Assembly: GCA_965652295.1 (NCBI GenBank) | Contig: CBFGTS010000004.1 | Location: 64,001 to 128,000, forward strand | Reading direction: 5' to 3' | DNA: 64,000 nt | Source: an uncultured Haloferula sp. | Lineage (GTDB): Bacteria > Verrucomicrobiota > Verrucomicrobiia > Verrucomicrobiales > Akkermansiaceae | In this document: positions 38,327 to 47,924 of the stretch, piece after piece | How the letters are laid out: each line of letters opens with the position of its first letter | Position numbering within the stretch: position 1 is the stretch's first letter | Made by a program: the position numbers and the translations under genes | The notes under the pieces: model-generated | What the model was told of the DNA's origin: nothing | What the model saw: only the letters and a program-made list of their open reading frames with translations | The model's database searches: none

Positions 38327-38559
38327 GGCTGCCTGCGGCGGGCGCGCACGAGACGCACGACGACCAGCACGGTTCCTGCGAGCATCATCACGCCGGCCAT
38401 GATCACCGCCAGATAGCCCATGCGGGTTTCCTGCTGGATCACCTCGGCCATCGATTCCGGATCCAGCTCGCCGGCCTTCTCCAGACGCAGCCTGGCGAGG
38501 ACCAGTAGAAGCGTGGCCGAGAAGAAGAGGGTGAGCGCGATGCGGGTGAGGCGGTTCAT
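38323..38559 (-). CDS. Small two-TM membrane protein
   Basis: Two hydrophobic segments; ATGA overlaps with both neighbours. Confidence 0.6.
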   Translation of the reverse strand: MNRLTRIALTLFFSATLLLVLARLRLEKAGELDPESMAEVIQQETRMGYLAVIMAGVMMLAGTVLVVVRLVRARRRQP

Positions 38560-38981
38560 GCGCAGGCGGGACACGTGCCGAAGAACTCCAGCTCGTGGTA
38601 GAGGTTCCGGTAGCCGGTGGATTCCTTGATTTCCTCTTCCAGTGCGTGGACCGGGCAGGGGGCCTTGATGGCTTCGATGGATCCGCAGCGGGTGCAGATC
38701 AGATAATCGTGATGCCGGTCCGGAAGCAGGAGGGTGAAGTAGGCGGCCCGCTCATGCAGCCCCAAACGGCGGACGATGCCGTGGTTTTCAAGCCGCTGGA
38801 GCAACCGGAAAACGGTGGCCTTGTCGCATTGATCGCTCAGCCTCGGCGACTCCGCGAGCTCGGCAAGGGTCATCGGGCGGTCCGATTCGAGGAGCGTCGC
38901 GAGCAGCTGCTCAAGGGCTTTGGTCCGGCGCAAACCGAGTTCGCGGCAGCGGGCGATCAGGGATGAGACGGCGGTTTCCAT
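38556..38981 (-). CDS. Fur family transcriptional regulator (Fur/Zur)
   Basis: ATVFR.L, HHDYLICTRCG, H.LEFFGTCPAC. Confidence 0.9.
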   Translation of the reverse strand: METAVSSLIARCRELGLRRTKALEQLLATLLESDRPMTLAELAESPRLSDQCDKATVFRLLQRLENHGIVRRLGLHERAAYFTLLLPDRHHDYLICTRCGSIEAIKAPCPVHALEEEIKESTGYRNLYHELEFFGTCPACA

Positions 38982-39060
38982 GAGGCGGTGGAAAAGCCTA
39001 GTCCCGCTGTTTCACCCGTGCCAATGGGAAAACCATGGGAAGCCTTCCGCGGAGAAAGGG

Positions 39061-39093
39061 AAAGCCCCGCCGGACGAGATCCGACGGGGCTTT
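39061..39093. terminator. Intrinsic terminator after the large repeat protein
   Basis: aaagccccg.cgga/tccg.cggggcttt hairpin. Confidence 0.75.
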
Positions 39094-39118
39094 GAGATGA
39101 CGGGTTCCGGGACGGGGG

Positions 39119-42100
39119 TCAGGGTTCCGTGCCTTCGGCGAGACGGAAAAAGGCCTTCAGGTTCGTGGATGCGTCGACTTCCAGAACGCTGACTTCCGTT
39201 TCCCCGGCCGCCGTGAAGCCGGATCCGACGATCGGAGCGAAGTCCGCGAGGTTCACTCCGCCCTCGATGTGATAGGGCTGTCCCGCCGCGAGCCCGCCGA
39301 GGGTGAGGGTCAGCGTGTCCGGGTCGGCGGCGGTATCGAGAGCGACCGCGGTGATGACGGGGTTCGACTCCACCGGCGGCACGACCGTTCCGAGGGGAAG
39401 GATGATCGCCGGAGCGGGATCCGTGCCTTGCTCTTTCATCGTGATCCCATGCCAGCGGTTGGCGTGTGCCGCGTCCATCGCCAGCGTGACCACTCCATCG
39501 GTGTCGCTTTCGAGGAACGAAGTGAGATCGAGCATTGTGGGGTTGGAGTAATAAACCCCGACCGCCGTTGGTTGGATGGTGCCGAGCAAGACCCACTTCG
39601 CTGGATCGCGTGCCCAGATGTTCAGGGTGGAACGTTGCTCTTCGATGATTCCCGGAGCGTTTGCGTAGTTCGTCGTGGATTCGGCCCAATTCTCACCTTC
39701 GTCACCATCGATCAGACCGTAGACGTTGATGACTCCTTGGGTGCCCGATGACCAGGGAACATGGATTCTGAGCACCGCATTCGACAGGTCTCCCATCATG
39801 GCCGAGCGGTCGAAACGGAACATGGGGATATGGAGGCGGCTGACCTGATTGTTACGAATGCTAACCACGCCATCGGCTCCGTGGATCGCGTCGGGGCCGG
39901 TCGTTGCCGTTTGTTCATCGTTGGAGAGTTCGGTATCGGCACCATTGCCCACTGCGGTGGTCGCTTCTCCTGCGGAGGGCACGGAAGACATGAGGGTCGG
40001 ATCGGTGCCCGCGTGGAACTCGATCACGTTGATCACGCCATCGTTGTCGGAATCGTCGGTGCCGACCTGGGTGGTTTCAGTGGTGAAATAGAACCGCTCC
40101 CAGCCTTCGGGCAGGCCGTCTCCATCGGTGTCCGGCGAGGAGAAGGGATCGCTGCCGTTCGTGGCCGCGGCGTATTCCTCCGCGTTGCTAAAGCCGTCCG
40201 AATCGTTGTCGTCGGTCTCTAGCTCGGTGGTCGTCAGGTCACCGAACGAGAACATCTCCCAACCATCACCCAGGAAGTCCTCGTCCGTATCGGGCGAGCT
40301 GGTGCGGAGGGTGGGATCGGTTTCAAAGGGAAGCGCGCTTTCCTCCTCTTCGTTGGTGGCATAGTCGAGATCCGGGTCGTCATCGCCGTCGTAGAGCGCG
40401 ATGCTGGTGAAGTAGGTGATTTCAAACGCATCGAGCAAGCCGTCCGCATCGGTGTCGTCGGGAACGGAGGCCTGGTTGGTAGGGTCGGAACCCGCGAGGT
40501 ACTCGTCGTAATTGGTGACCAGATCGGAATCGGCGTCGGCGGAAGGATCGCTGGCGGTCGCAAGGTCACCGAAGACGAGCACTTCCCAGCGATCGTTGAG
40601 TCCGTCCGGCTCGCTGTCCACGAAGCTGTCCTTGCTCGTTGGGTCGGTGCCGGCGTTCTCTTCTTCCTCGTTGGTGTAGAGATCTCCATCCGAGTCGTCA
40701 GATCCGCTCTGGAAAAGAAGATCGGCGAGGTCATCGTCGAAAGTGTCGAAGTAGGTCAGCTCCCAGGTGTCGTCGAGACCGTCGGCATCAGCGTCTCCGG
40801 GAACCGAGTTGGGGTCGTTCGGGTCGGATCCAACAGGGGTGCCATCGGCTTCCTGTTTGTTGGTCAGTTCATCAAGGTCGGGATCGCCGTCAACGTCGTC
40901 CGTGACCGCGACGTCTGCGAGGGAGACGAGGCCGTCGTTGTCGCCGAAGTAGCGGTCCTCCCAGAGGTCGTTCAGCGTGTCGGCATCGATATCTCCGGGG
41001 ATGGATGCGACATCATTCGGGTCGGAGAGTGCATCGTACTCGGCCGTGTTGGAGAACGTGTCAGCGTCGTTGTCGCCGAAGGCATCGGTGGCAGTGGTGA
41101 GGTCTCCAAAGAAGAAGGTTTCCCACCAGTCGTTCAGTCCGTCGCCGGTGTTGTCGAGGTTCTCGTTGTCGAGATATGAATAGTAGTCGCGAGGGTCGGT
41201 GCCGGCAGCTTCCTCTTCGGTGTTGGTTCCGTGGTCCCCATCGGGATCCTCAAATCCGGTGGCCACGGTCAGGTCGGTTTCGGTCACGATCCCGTCGTTG
41301 TTGCCGAAATACAGATCCTCCCACAGGTCGGTGAGTTCGTCGCCGTCGATGTCTCCGGGGATGGAGAAGGACCAGTTCGGATCCGATCCGGCGGTCTCTT
41401 CAGTCTCGTTGTCGAAGGTGTCGTTGTCCGGATCCCACTCCGCGCCCAAGGCGACGTCCTGGGCTTCGGTTCCGCGCGCCGAGGTGAGATCACCGAAATT
41501 GGCGATTTCCCAATCGTCGGTCAGGCCGTCCCCGTCGGAGTCGTCGCCGACCACGTTGGGGAAGGTGATGACCGGGGCGATCCCGGTCTCCTTGGACGTG
41601 AAGAAGAACGATTCAGAATCGTTGTCCACTTCCGCAAGGGTCACCAAGAAGGTGATCAGACCATCGGTGTCTGCGGCGATAAAGGTGTCGAGGTCGGTGC
41701 TGGGTTCCGTGGTGTTGAGCCCCACCACGCTGGTGGTGGTCCGGGCGACCCACGAGGGAGTCATTTCGGCGGTAAAAATGGGTTCGCTAGCGAGAGGCGT
41801 AGTGGGGTCGACGCCGGCGGCGGTGGCGAAGGTCACGGTGGATTCGTCCCAAGCTTCTCCCTGGCCGCCCGTGGCACCGTCAACGACGCCGTAGAAGTTC
41901 AGAGGACGACCGCGGTTCACGCCTGTTCCGTTGAGGGTGATCGTAGCCCCGGAGAGATCGCCGGAGATCTCGCTGATATCGAAGCGGATGTAGATATGCC
42001 GCATCCGTACGGAGTTGGCTTCCCGGAGGGCCAGGTCCTCGGTGCCGTGATTGGCAGCGGGTCCGGAGTTGGAATCGTTGGACAAGTAGGTGTCCGCGCC

Positions 42101-42205
42101 GCTCCCGAAGGAGGTGGGCACCGAAACGGTGGCCTGGCCGTCCATGGCCAGGGCGAGCAGAACGGCGGGACAAAGCGCCGTCGTGACGGAAGTGGATTTT
42201 TTCAT
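39119..42205 (-). CDS. Large secreted acidic protein: DNRLRE/CBM96-like domain, 9 paired Ca-binding DxDxDG repeats, second DNRLRE-like domain, FFRL C-terminal module
   Basis: Signal peptide; two 'GADT.L...(I/F)RFD.S...W.EST..(F/Y)..A.G' domains; alternating DxDxDGLxDxWE/DxDxDxxxNxxE..AGxDP repeats. No catalytic motif seen. Confidence 0.8.
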   Translation of the reverse strand: MKKSTSVTTALCPAVLLALAMDGQATVSVPTSFGSGADTYLSNDSNSGPAANHGTEDLALREANSVRMRHIYIRFDISEISGDLSGATITLNGTGVNRGRPLNFYGVVDGATGGQGEAWDESTVTFATAAGVDPTTPLASEPIFTAEMTPSWVARTTTSVVGLNTTEPSTDLDTFIAADTDGLITFLVTLAEVDNDSESFFFTSKETGIAPVITFPNVVGDDSDGDGLTDDWEIANFGDLTSARGTEAQDVALGAEWDPDNDTFDNETEETAGSDPNWSFSIPGDIDGDELTDLWEDLYFGNNDGIVTETDLTVATGFEDPDGDHGTNTEEEAAGTDPRDYYSYLDNENLDNTGDGLNDWWETFFFGDLTTATDAFGDNDADTFSNTAEYDALSDPNDVASIPGDIDADTLNDLWEDRYFGDNDGLVSLADVAVTDDVDGDPDLDELTNKQEADGTPVGSDPNDPNSVPGDADADGLDDTWELTYFDTFDDDLADLLFQSGSDDSDGDLYTNEEEENAGTDPTSKDSFVDSEPDGLNDRWEVLVFGDLATASDPSADADSDLVTNYDEYLAGSDPTNQASVPDDTDADGLLDAFEITYFTSIALYDGDDDPDLDYATNEEEESALPFETDPTLRTSSPDTDEDFLGDGWEMFSFGDLTTTELETDDNDSDGFSNAEEYAAATNGSDPFSSPDTDGDGLPEGWERFYFTTETTQVGTDDSDNDGVINVIEFHAGTDPTLMSSVPSAGEATTAVGNGADTELSNDEQTATTGPDAIHGADGVVSIRNNQVSRLHIPMFRFDRSAMMGDLSNAVLRIHVPWSSGTQGVINVYGLIDGDEGENWAESTTNYANAPGIIEEQRSTLNIWARDPAKWVLLGTIQPTAVGVYYSNPTMLDLTSFLESDTDGVVTLAMDAAHANRWHGITMKEQGTDPAPAIILPLGTVVPPVESNPVITAVALDTAADPDTLTLTLGGLAAGQPYHIEGGVNLADFAPIVGSGFTAAGETEVSVLEVDASTNLKAFFRLAEGTEP

Positions 42206-42296
42206 GGGTCTTGGGTGGCGAGGTCTGGCCGAGGAGCGGATTCCTCAGCGTCTCATACCTAGCCTCATCCAATCACCCATGCGCACTCCGGGAGAA

Positions 42297-42339
42297 TACC
42301 CCTTGGGGGTTAAATCCGGGGGTTACCCGTCCGGGGGAT
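42297..42339. promoter_or_regulatory. Two NarL-type 7-2-7 inverted-repeat boxes
   Basis: TACCCCT-tg-GGGGTTA (42297-42312) and TACCCGT-cc-GGGGGAT (42324-42339). Confidence 0.55.
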
Positions 42340-43001
42340 CAAAGATTCCACGGTCCCTGCTCTTTGGAATCGCGGAACTTCATCGCGGCTTCCGTTCGCG
42401 AGCGGACGTGAAGCTTTTCGTAGATGTGCTTCAGGTGGACGCGGACCGTTTCAGTGGAGATGCCAAGACGATGGGCGATTTCCTTGTTGGCCAGCCCCTC
42501 GCAGAGCAACTCGAGGATCTCGGTTTCGCGGGGGGAAAGGTTGATTTCCTCCTGCGGTTCGCGCGCCGGCTGGTGGAAGGCTTCGACGACGCGGCGGGCG
42601 ATCTCGGCACTCATCGGAGCTCCGCCGCTGAGCACGTCGCGGATCGCGTCGCGGACTTCGGCCGGCGTCGAGCGTTTGAGCAGGTAGCCGGATGCACCAG
42701 CTTTGAGCGCTGCGAAGATTTTGTCGTGATCCCGGTAAACCGTGACCATAACGACCTGCGTTTCCGGAAGGTGCTGTTTGAGCCGTGCCGTCGCCTCGAT
42801 TCCGGACATGCCGGGAAGGTTGATGTCCATGAGGATGACCTGGGGCCGGAAGGCGTCGATCTTCGGCAGGGCGTCCTCACCGCTGGTCCAGACGCCGAGG
42901 CATTGGAAGTCGTCCGAGGATTCGACGATTTTGCGGAGACCGTTGGCGAGCGCTGCGTTGTCTTCGACGATGGCGACGGTGATCGGTTTGGTTTTGCTCA
43001 T
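42339..43001 (-). CDS. NarL/LuxR family response regulator
   Basis: VEDN, MDINLPG, GYLLK, LSPRE...NKEIA...HIYEKLHV. Confidence 0.93.
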   Translation of the reverse strand: MSKTKPITVAIVEDNAALANGLRKIVESSDDFQCLGVWTSGEDALPKIDAFRPQVILMDINLPGMSGIEATARLKQHLPETQVVMVTVYRDHDKIFAALKAGASGYLLKRSTPAEVRDAIRDVLSGGAPMSAEIARRVVEAFHQPAREPQEEINLSPRETEILELLCEGLANKEIAHRLGISTETVRVHLKHIYEKLHVRSRTEAAMKFRDSKEQGPWNL

Positions 43002-43018
43002 GGCGTGGAGGAAGAAGC

Positions 43019-45787
43019 TCAGGCTTGGGGAAGGGGCAGGCTGATGGTGACCACCGTGCCCTCGCTGGGCACGCTGTGGAAACGACAATCTCCGCCGGAA
43101 TCCTTCAAACGTTCCTTCAGGTTGAGGAGGCCGTGGCCCGACGAGTGCAGCGCGGAGTCGAAGCCTTTGCCGTTGTCGGTGATCCGGATGAGAAGTTCTC
43201 CCTGCTCGATTCCGATTCTCAGGGAAATGGTGTCGGCCTTGGAATGTTTGACGGCGTTGTTGAGCGCTTCGCGGGTGGCGAGGAAAACGTTGTGACGTCG
43301 GCGGGGACCGATGATGAGATCCGGGACCTGCCGTTCGATTTCGGCATGGAGCCGGATTCGGGCCGAGTCGAGAAACTCGCGGGCGAAGGCGGCGAGGTAC
43401 TCGATGAGTGACTTCAGGCTGTCCTCGCGGGGTGTCGTGGCCCAGACGATCTCATCGAGGGTGGTGACGACTTCGCGGGCTTTCGAGGAGAGGGTGTTGA
43501 CGGCCTGTGGCAGATCGTCGTCGTCCGGCTTCTCCGCGATGAGAGCGGATAGGATCGAGAGCTCGGTGAGGCTGGCACCGAGATCGTCGTGGAGGTCGCG
43601 GGAAATCCTGGACCGTTCCTTTTCCAGCAACTCCCGCAGGTGGAGTTCCTCCATCTTTCGGCGGAGCCTGCGTCGGGTCAGGAGCATGCCAACCGCCACC
43701 GCGAAGAGCGCGATGGCGACACCCGAAGCCGCCCAGAACCAAGGTAGCTGCCAGAAGTAGGGCCGCACTTTCAGCTGGATCGAGGCGGGAGCAGCCGAGG
43801 CACCATCGCCATTGGTCGCGATCACTTCGAACCGGTAGCGGCCGGGGGGGACCGACTCGTAGCTCATTTCGCGGCGTGCTCCGATGGGTTGGAAGGTGTC
43901 GTCGAGACCGACCAATCGGACCCGGTAGGTGACCTTTTCCGGGGCGGAGAGACAGACGCCCGTGTAGTGGAACTTCAGCCGCACGCGGCCGGGCCCTGCG
44001 GAGATGGTGTCGGGATGAAGTGGCACGGGAGTGCCGTTGATTTCCACCGGGCGGAACAGCAAGGTCGGGGGGAGGTTCTGGAGATCGATCTCCGAGGGCT
44101 GCACGCCCACCGGACCGCTGGTGGTGGGAAACCAGAGGGAACCATCGGGTTCCTGCCAAACACCCGGCTGCGAACCGCCGACGCATTCACGGGTGCTGAG
44201 CCCGTCGGAGCGATCAAGGCGTAGCCAGCGGGTGGGTTGACCGGGCTGGGTGAGGGAGCGCAGCAGGGAGTCTCTGCTGGCGCGGAGGATGCCACCGAGA
44301 GAGCCGAACCAGAAGTGGCCCTCGCCGGTTGCCACCATCCCCGTGAGACGGTCGTCCGGAAGCCCGGCCTCCGAGTCGAAGTTGTGCCACCGGCCCCCAT
44401 GCCACAGCCATAGGCCGGAGCCGATCGTAGCCACCCAGAGTTCATCGGGTCCCTGTGAATGAATGGCGGAAACGCGGCGGCCACCGTTCGCTGCGGGCAC
44501 GCCTAGATCGACGAATTCTCCGTTGCGCAGGGCGAGCACCCGGCCATCGGTCGTGCCGGAGTAGACCGTGCCGTCGGAACCGACTGTCAGGACCGAGCAC
44601 TCCGCCGGACGGGCCTCGGTCCCGATCTTGTAAATCTGTGGAAGTCCCTCCACCCAGCGGGCAATTCCGCGGCCGCCGCCGAACCACAGGGTTCCGTCCG
44701 CATCCTGAATGATCGAGTTCACCTTGGAGATTTCATCCAGCCCCGCGAAGGGTCGCGTGAAGCTCTTGCCGTCCCACTGAAAAACCGAACCATCCGTCGA
44801 GCCCGCCCAAAGCCGTCCGTCGCGATCCTCGAAAAGGCAGCTTACCGGCCGTTCGTAACCTCCAGCCACCAGCTCCAGGTGCTCGATTTCAGTCCCTCGC
44901 AGGCGGTCGAGCCCGCCTGCCCGGCCTGCGAGCCACCAACTGCCGTCGCGGGTCCGGATCAGGGTGCGGATGGCTTGATCCTCCAAGGATGAGCCGGGAG
45001 CCAGCTGCATCACCCGGCTGGGTCTCACGCGGATCACGCCCTGGACGGGACTGGCGATCCACAGGTTTCCCTCGCGATCCTCGAACATGTCATTGGCGGT
45101 GACCAAACCGTCGAGCAGCTCCACCGTGGCATCCGGCTGTTCGTTGTCTGCGGGACGGTGGAGAAGCTGCCGGCCGACGATTTCCCAGATGCCGCCGTCG
45201 CGCTTGACCAGCCTGCCGGAGCAGACCGGCGAAATCGTCCTGCCCCTCGCCGCTTGTTCCCGGATTTCGTCCAACATCACCTGCTCAAGCGCATCCGGAG
45301 GCGGATCGACCAGTTCCTGCCCATCAAGGCCGATGCGGAACAGCTTGTCTCCCTTGAGATAGTGGACCGTTTCCTCGAAGAGGACCAAATGGGTGACCAG
45401 CGGCGGGTTGGGTTCGCCATGATCTTCGACGACCCGGACGAGTCGGTCGCCCTGAACCTTCAGCAGCCCGCCTTGGAAGGTGGACACCCAGACGCTGCCG
45501 TCGTCAGGAGTCATCAGGCGGAAGAAGCCAAGCCGCCGGCCCCGGTACCCGGTGGTCCCGCTGATGAGCTTGAACTCGAAGCCGTCGAACCGGGCGAGGC
45601 CTTCCGCCGTCGCCACCCAGAGCAGCCCGTCTGGCGTCTGACCCAGCGATCGGACCACGTTTCCCGGCAGTCCTTCCTCGGATTGCCAGTTGCGGACGAG
45701 GAAATCTTGGGGGCGGTCGGCGGACTCCGCGCTCATGCCCGAGACGATCAGGGCAGCCAGGCAGGCGAGGAGGCGAAGCATCGTCAT
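43019..45787 (-). CDS. Sensor histidine kinase with Reg_prop beta-propeller and Y_Y_Y domains
   Basis: GLPGN.V...G.LWVAT repeats, YRVRLVG...Y..VPPGRYRFEV, RISRDLHDDLGA, EALNN, DNGKG. Confidence 0.92.
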   Translation of the reverse strand: MTMLRLLACLAALIVSGMSAESADRPQDFLVRNWQSEEGLPGNVVRSLGQTPDGLLWVATAEGLARFDGFEFKLISGTTGYRGRRLGFFRLMTPDDGSVWVSTFQGGLLKVQGDRLVRVVEDHGEPNPPLVTHLVLFEETVHYLKGDKLFRIGLDGQELVDPPPDALEQVMLDEIREQAARGRTISPVCSGRLVKRDGGIWEIVGRQLLHRPADNEQPDATVELLDGLVTANDMFEDREGNLWIASPVQGVIRVRPSRVMQLAPGSSLEDQAIRTLIRTRDGSWWLAGRAGGLDRLRGTEIEHLELVAGGYERPVSCLFEDRDGRLWAGSTDGSVFQWDGKSFTRPFAGLDEISKVNSIIQDADGTLWFGGGRGIARWVEGLPQIYKIGTEARPAECSVLTVGSDGTVYSGTTDGRVLALRNGEFVDLGVPAANGGRRVSAIHSQGPDELWVATIGSGLWLWHGGRWHNFDSEAGLPDDRLTGMVATGEGHFWFGSLGGILRASRDSLLRSLTQPGQPTRWLRLDRSDGLSTRECVGGSQPGVWQEPDGSLWFPTTSGPVGVQPSEIDLQNLPPTLLFRPVEINGTPVPLHPDTISAGPGRVRLKFHYTGVCLSAPEKVTYRVRLVGLDDTFQPIGARREMSYESVPPGRYRFEVIATNGDGASAAPASIQLKVRPYFWQLPWFWAASGVAIALFAVAVGMLLTRRRLRRKMEELHLRELLEKERSRISRDLHDDLGASLTELSILSALIAEKPDDDDLPQAVNTLSSKAREVVTTLDEIVWATTPREDSLKSLIEYLAAFAREFLDSARIRLHAEIERQVPDLIIGPRRRHNVFLATREALNNAVKHSKADTISLRIGIEQGELLIRITDNGKGFDSALHSSGHGLLNLKERLKDSGGDCRFHSVPSEGTVVTISLPLPQA

Positions 45788-45845
45788 GGTTTGGCGGGTC
45801 CCGGTGATCCTGTCGAGTCCGGGGAGCGGTCGGCCGAAGCGTATA

Positions 45846-45873
45846 AAAGCCGCCTTCCCACGAGGGAAGGCGG
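45846..45873 (-). terminator. Intrinsic terminator after PEP-CTERM gene
   Basis: gccgccttccc/gggaaggcggc stem followed by a T tract on the minus strand. Confidence 0.75.
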
Positions 45874-45898
45874 CCGGATGCCGGGTCGGCGAGAAGTG

Positions 45899-46696
45899 TC
45901 AGCGCCGGCGACGGAAGAAGCCGAGAATCCCGAGTCCGCCGAGGAGGGCGATCGAGGGTTCCGGAACCTCTTGAATCGCGATGTCGTCAAAGAAGGCTTC
46001 GGAGCGGCTGTTGGTGGTGTCCGAGTCAAAATAGCGGATTTGCATGTAGACGGTGCTTCCGGCGCTCACTCCGGAGCCGCTGAGGTCGAAATCCATTTGC
46101 CAGCTCTCCGCAAGCGCCTGCCCGACCGGATTGAGGGTTGTGAGATCGATGTCGAGCGTGCCGCTCTGCGGGGAAAAGGTACCTCCAGCACTGGCTCCGA
46201 CCGTCATCGCACCGATCTGGGTGAGACCCACGGTGGCGTCCAGCGAGCTGCCATTGGCGAGCGTCGCCGAGCCATCGTCATACCAAAGACTGAGCTGGAT
46301 GATCGCGGCGTGACGTCCGGTTCCCGCGCGGTCGCCGCGGTCGGACGAGATGCCCGTCACCCTCAGGTCGGACACACCCGGCGAAAGCGTACCGAGCGAC
46401 TGATGGAAGTAGATGTCACCGATGGTTCCGGCCGAGTTGCCCGACAGAGCCCCCCAGTTGTTGCCGGCTCCGCCTCCCAGGCCGTCACTGTCTTTGAGCC
46501 ATTCGACCCAGCCTCCCGTGGGGGTGGATTCAAACCAGGAGGTGACGTCGACGGTGCTGCCCTCGGAGTTGTTGGAAACCGCGTCGGCTTCGAAGTCGCC
46601 GTTGGTGACAACGAGGGCGGCGGAGGCGGGAAGTGCCGCGCCCAAGGCGACGAGGGCGGCCAGCATTGGTTGTTTTTTCATAGAGGTTTTCTTCAT
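45899..46696 (-). CDS. PEP-CTERM sorting-domain protein
   Basis: Signal peptide; C-terminus VPEPSIALLGGLGILGFFRRRR. Confidence 0.9.
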   Translation of the reverse strand: MKKTSMKKQPMLAALVALGAALPASAALVVTNGDFEADAVSNNSEGSTVDVTSWFESTPTGGWVEWLKDSDGLGGGAGNNWGALSGNSAGTIGDIYFHQSLGTLSPGVSDLRVTGISSDRGDRAGTGRHAAIIQLSLWYDDGSATLANGSSLDATVGLTQIGAMTVGASAGGTFSPQSGTLDIDLTTLNPVGQALAESWQMDFDLSGSGVSAGSTVYMQIRYFDSDTTNSRSEAFFDDIAIQEVPEPSIALLGGLGILGFFRRRR

Positions 46697-46860
46697 GAAG
46701 CTAGGGGTAGGCTACAGCGGCATCTTCGTTAGAGTGGCTGCGGGATGGCTATAACCCGTTGGGGTAAATCGCTGATTTGGAGGAGGTCGCGATGCTGAGG
46801 CGGCGAGGACAGGCGGCTGCGGCGGACGTCCCGGCTCTTCTCCCGAAGCGCGGCGTTCCA

Positions 46861-46897
46861 AAAGAAGGCGCCGGCTTCCGAAAGGAGGCCGGCGCGC
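46861..46897 (-). terminator. Intrinsic terminator after PEP-CTERM gene
   Basis: gcgccggcttcc/ggaggccggcgc hairpin with an A-rich flank. Confidence 0.7.
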
Positions 46898-46923
46898 ATT
46901 GACTCTGATGCGTGAATCAGAAA

Positions 46924-47679
46924 TCAGGACCTCCGGCGATGGAGCAGCCCGAGTACACCGAGGCCGCCGAGGAGAGCGACGGAAGGTTCGGGGACGTAGT
47001 CGACCGTCAGCGTCGGAACTTGGACGTCGGTGTTTTCGCTGGAAGCGAAAGCCATCCCGCGGTTGGCGGCGCTGTCCGGGTTGAAGAACATGAAGGTCAC
47101 CAGGCCATTGTCCGAAAACCGTGTCTGGACGAAGGCTGTGACTGCGGCTCCGGTCAGGTCCACCGTGGTACCCGAAGTCACTGTGTCCAAACCTGCAAAG
47201 CTCGTCGAACGGCTGTCTCCAGAGCTGAAGGGATCGGTAATGGTCGCAATGGAGGTGGCTGTCAGTTCATCCCCGGTGGTGGAGAAAGTCAGGGTGGATT
47301 CGTCCCAGTTTTGGGGCGTGTTGCCTGCCGTGCTGTTCAAACCGAAGATATCGATCCGGCCGGTCACGAGCGTGTCACTCCGGTCCGAACCGGTGAGGCC
47401 GTTGCCGGGGTTTGAACCAAGTTTGGTGAGAGTGAAGTTGACGGAGGTGATCGAGGAGCCTACGGGAATCGTGGAGAGGTCGAACTGGACGTAGGACATC
47501 GCGTTGAGGTTCCCATCGAAGCGATAGATGTCGAGGTCGACATCGGATCCCGTGTTCGCTTCGGTGTAGCCGGTGTTTCCATCCCGGTGCCAGACCGTCG
47601 CGTCGTGGACGGGGGTCAGGTTGGTCGTCGCTGCCAATGCTGGAGACGCCAGGAGTAGCGTATAGGGGAGTCGTTTCAT
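46924..47679 (-). CDS. PEP-CTERM protein with DNRLRE/CBM96-like domain
   Basis: DATV...YVQFDLS...WDESTLTF...FASSE...PTL; C-terminus VPEPSVALLGGLGVLGLLHRRRS. Confidence 0.88.
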   Translation of the reverse strand: MKRLPYTLLLASPALAATTNLTPVHDATVWHRDGNTGYTEANTGSDVDLDIYRFDGNLNAMSYVQFDLSTIPVGSSITSVNFTLTKLGSNPGNGLTGSDRSDTLVTGRIDIFGLNSTAGNTPQNWDESTLTFSTTGDELTATSIATITDPFSSGDSRSTSFAGLDTVTSGTTVDLTGAAVTAFVQTRFSDNGLVTFMFFNPDSAANRGMAFASSENTDVQVPTLTVDYVPEPSVALLGGLGVLGLLHRRRS

Positions 47680-47835
47680 CGGGTTTTGTGGTGTTGGATT
47701 GCGTTGTGGGTTCCGGGGGAGAAACCGGTTCCGGGGAGAGCTGACCGTCTAGACAAAGTGGTCAACGTGCCTGGGTCCATGGAGACTGCTGGGAACCTAC
47801 TAGTGACGTTAGGGAGAGAGCGGCCGTCGGTGCCA

Positions 47836-47888
47836 TACCTCTTAGGGGGTAGAATCCGATTCTTGGCTGAGCTACCCCATCAGGGTGA
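47836..47888. promoter_or_regulatory. Two NarL-type 7-2-7 boxes in a divergent promoter
   Basis: TACCTCT-ta-GGGGGTA (47836-47851) and TACCCCA-tc-AGGGTGA (47873-47888). Confidence 0.6.
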
Positions 47889-47924
47889 ACAACCGCGGTG
47901 CAAGAACCGGGTTGGACGGCGGTA

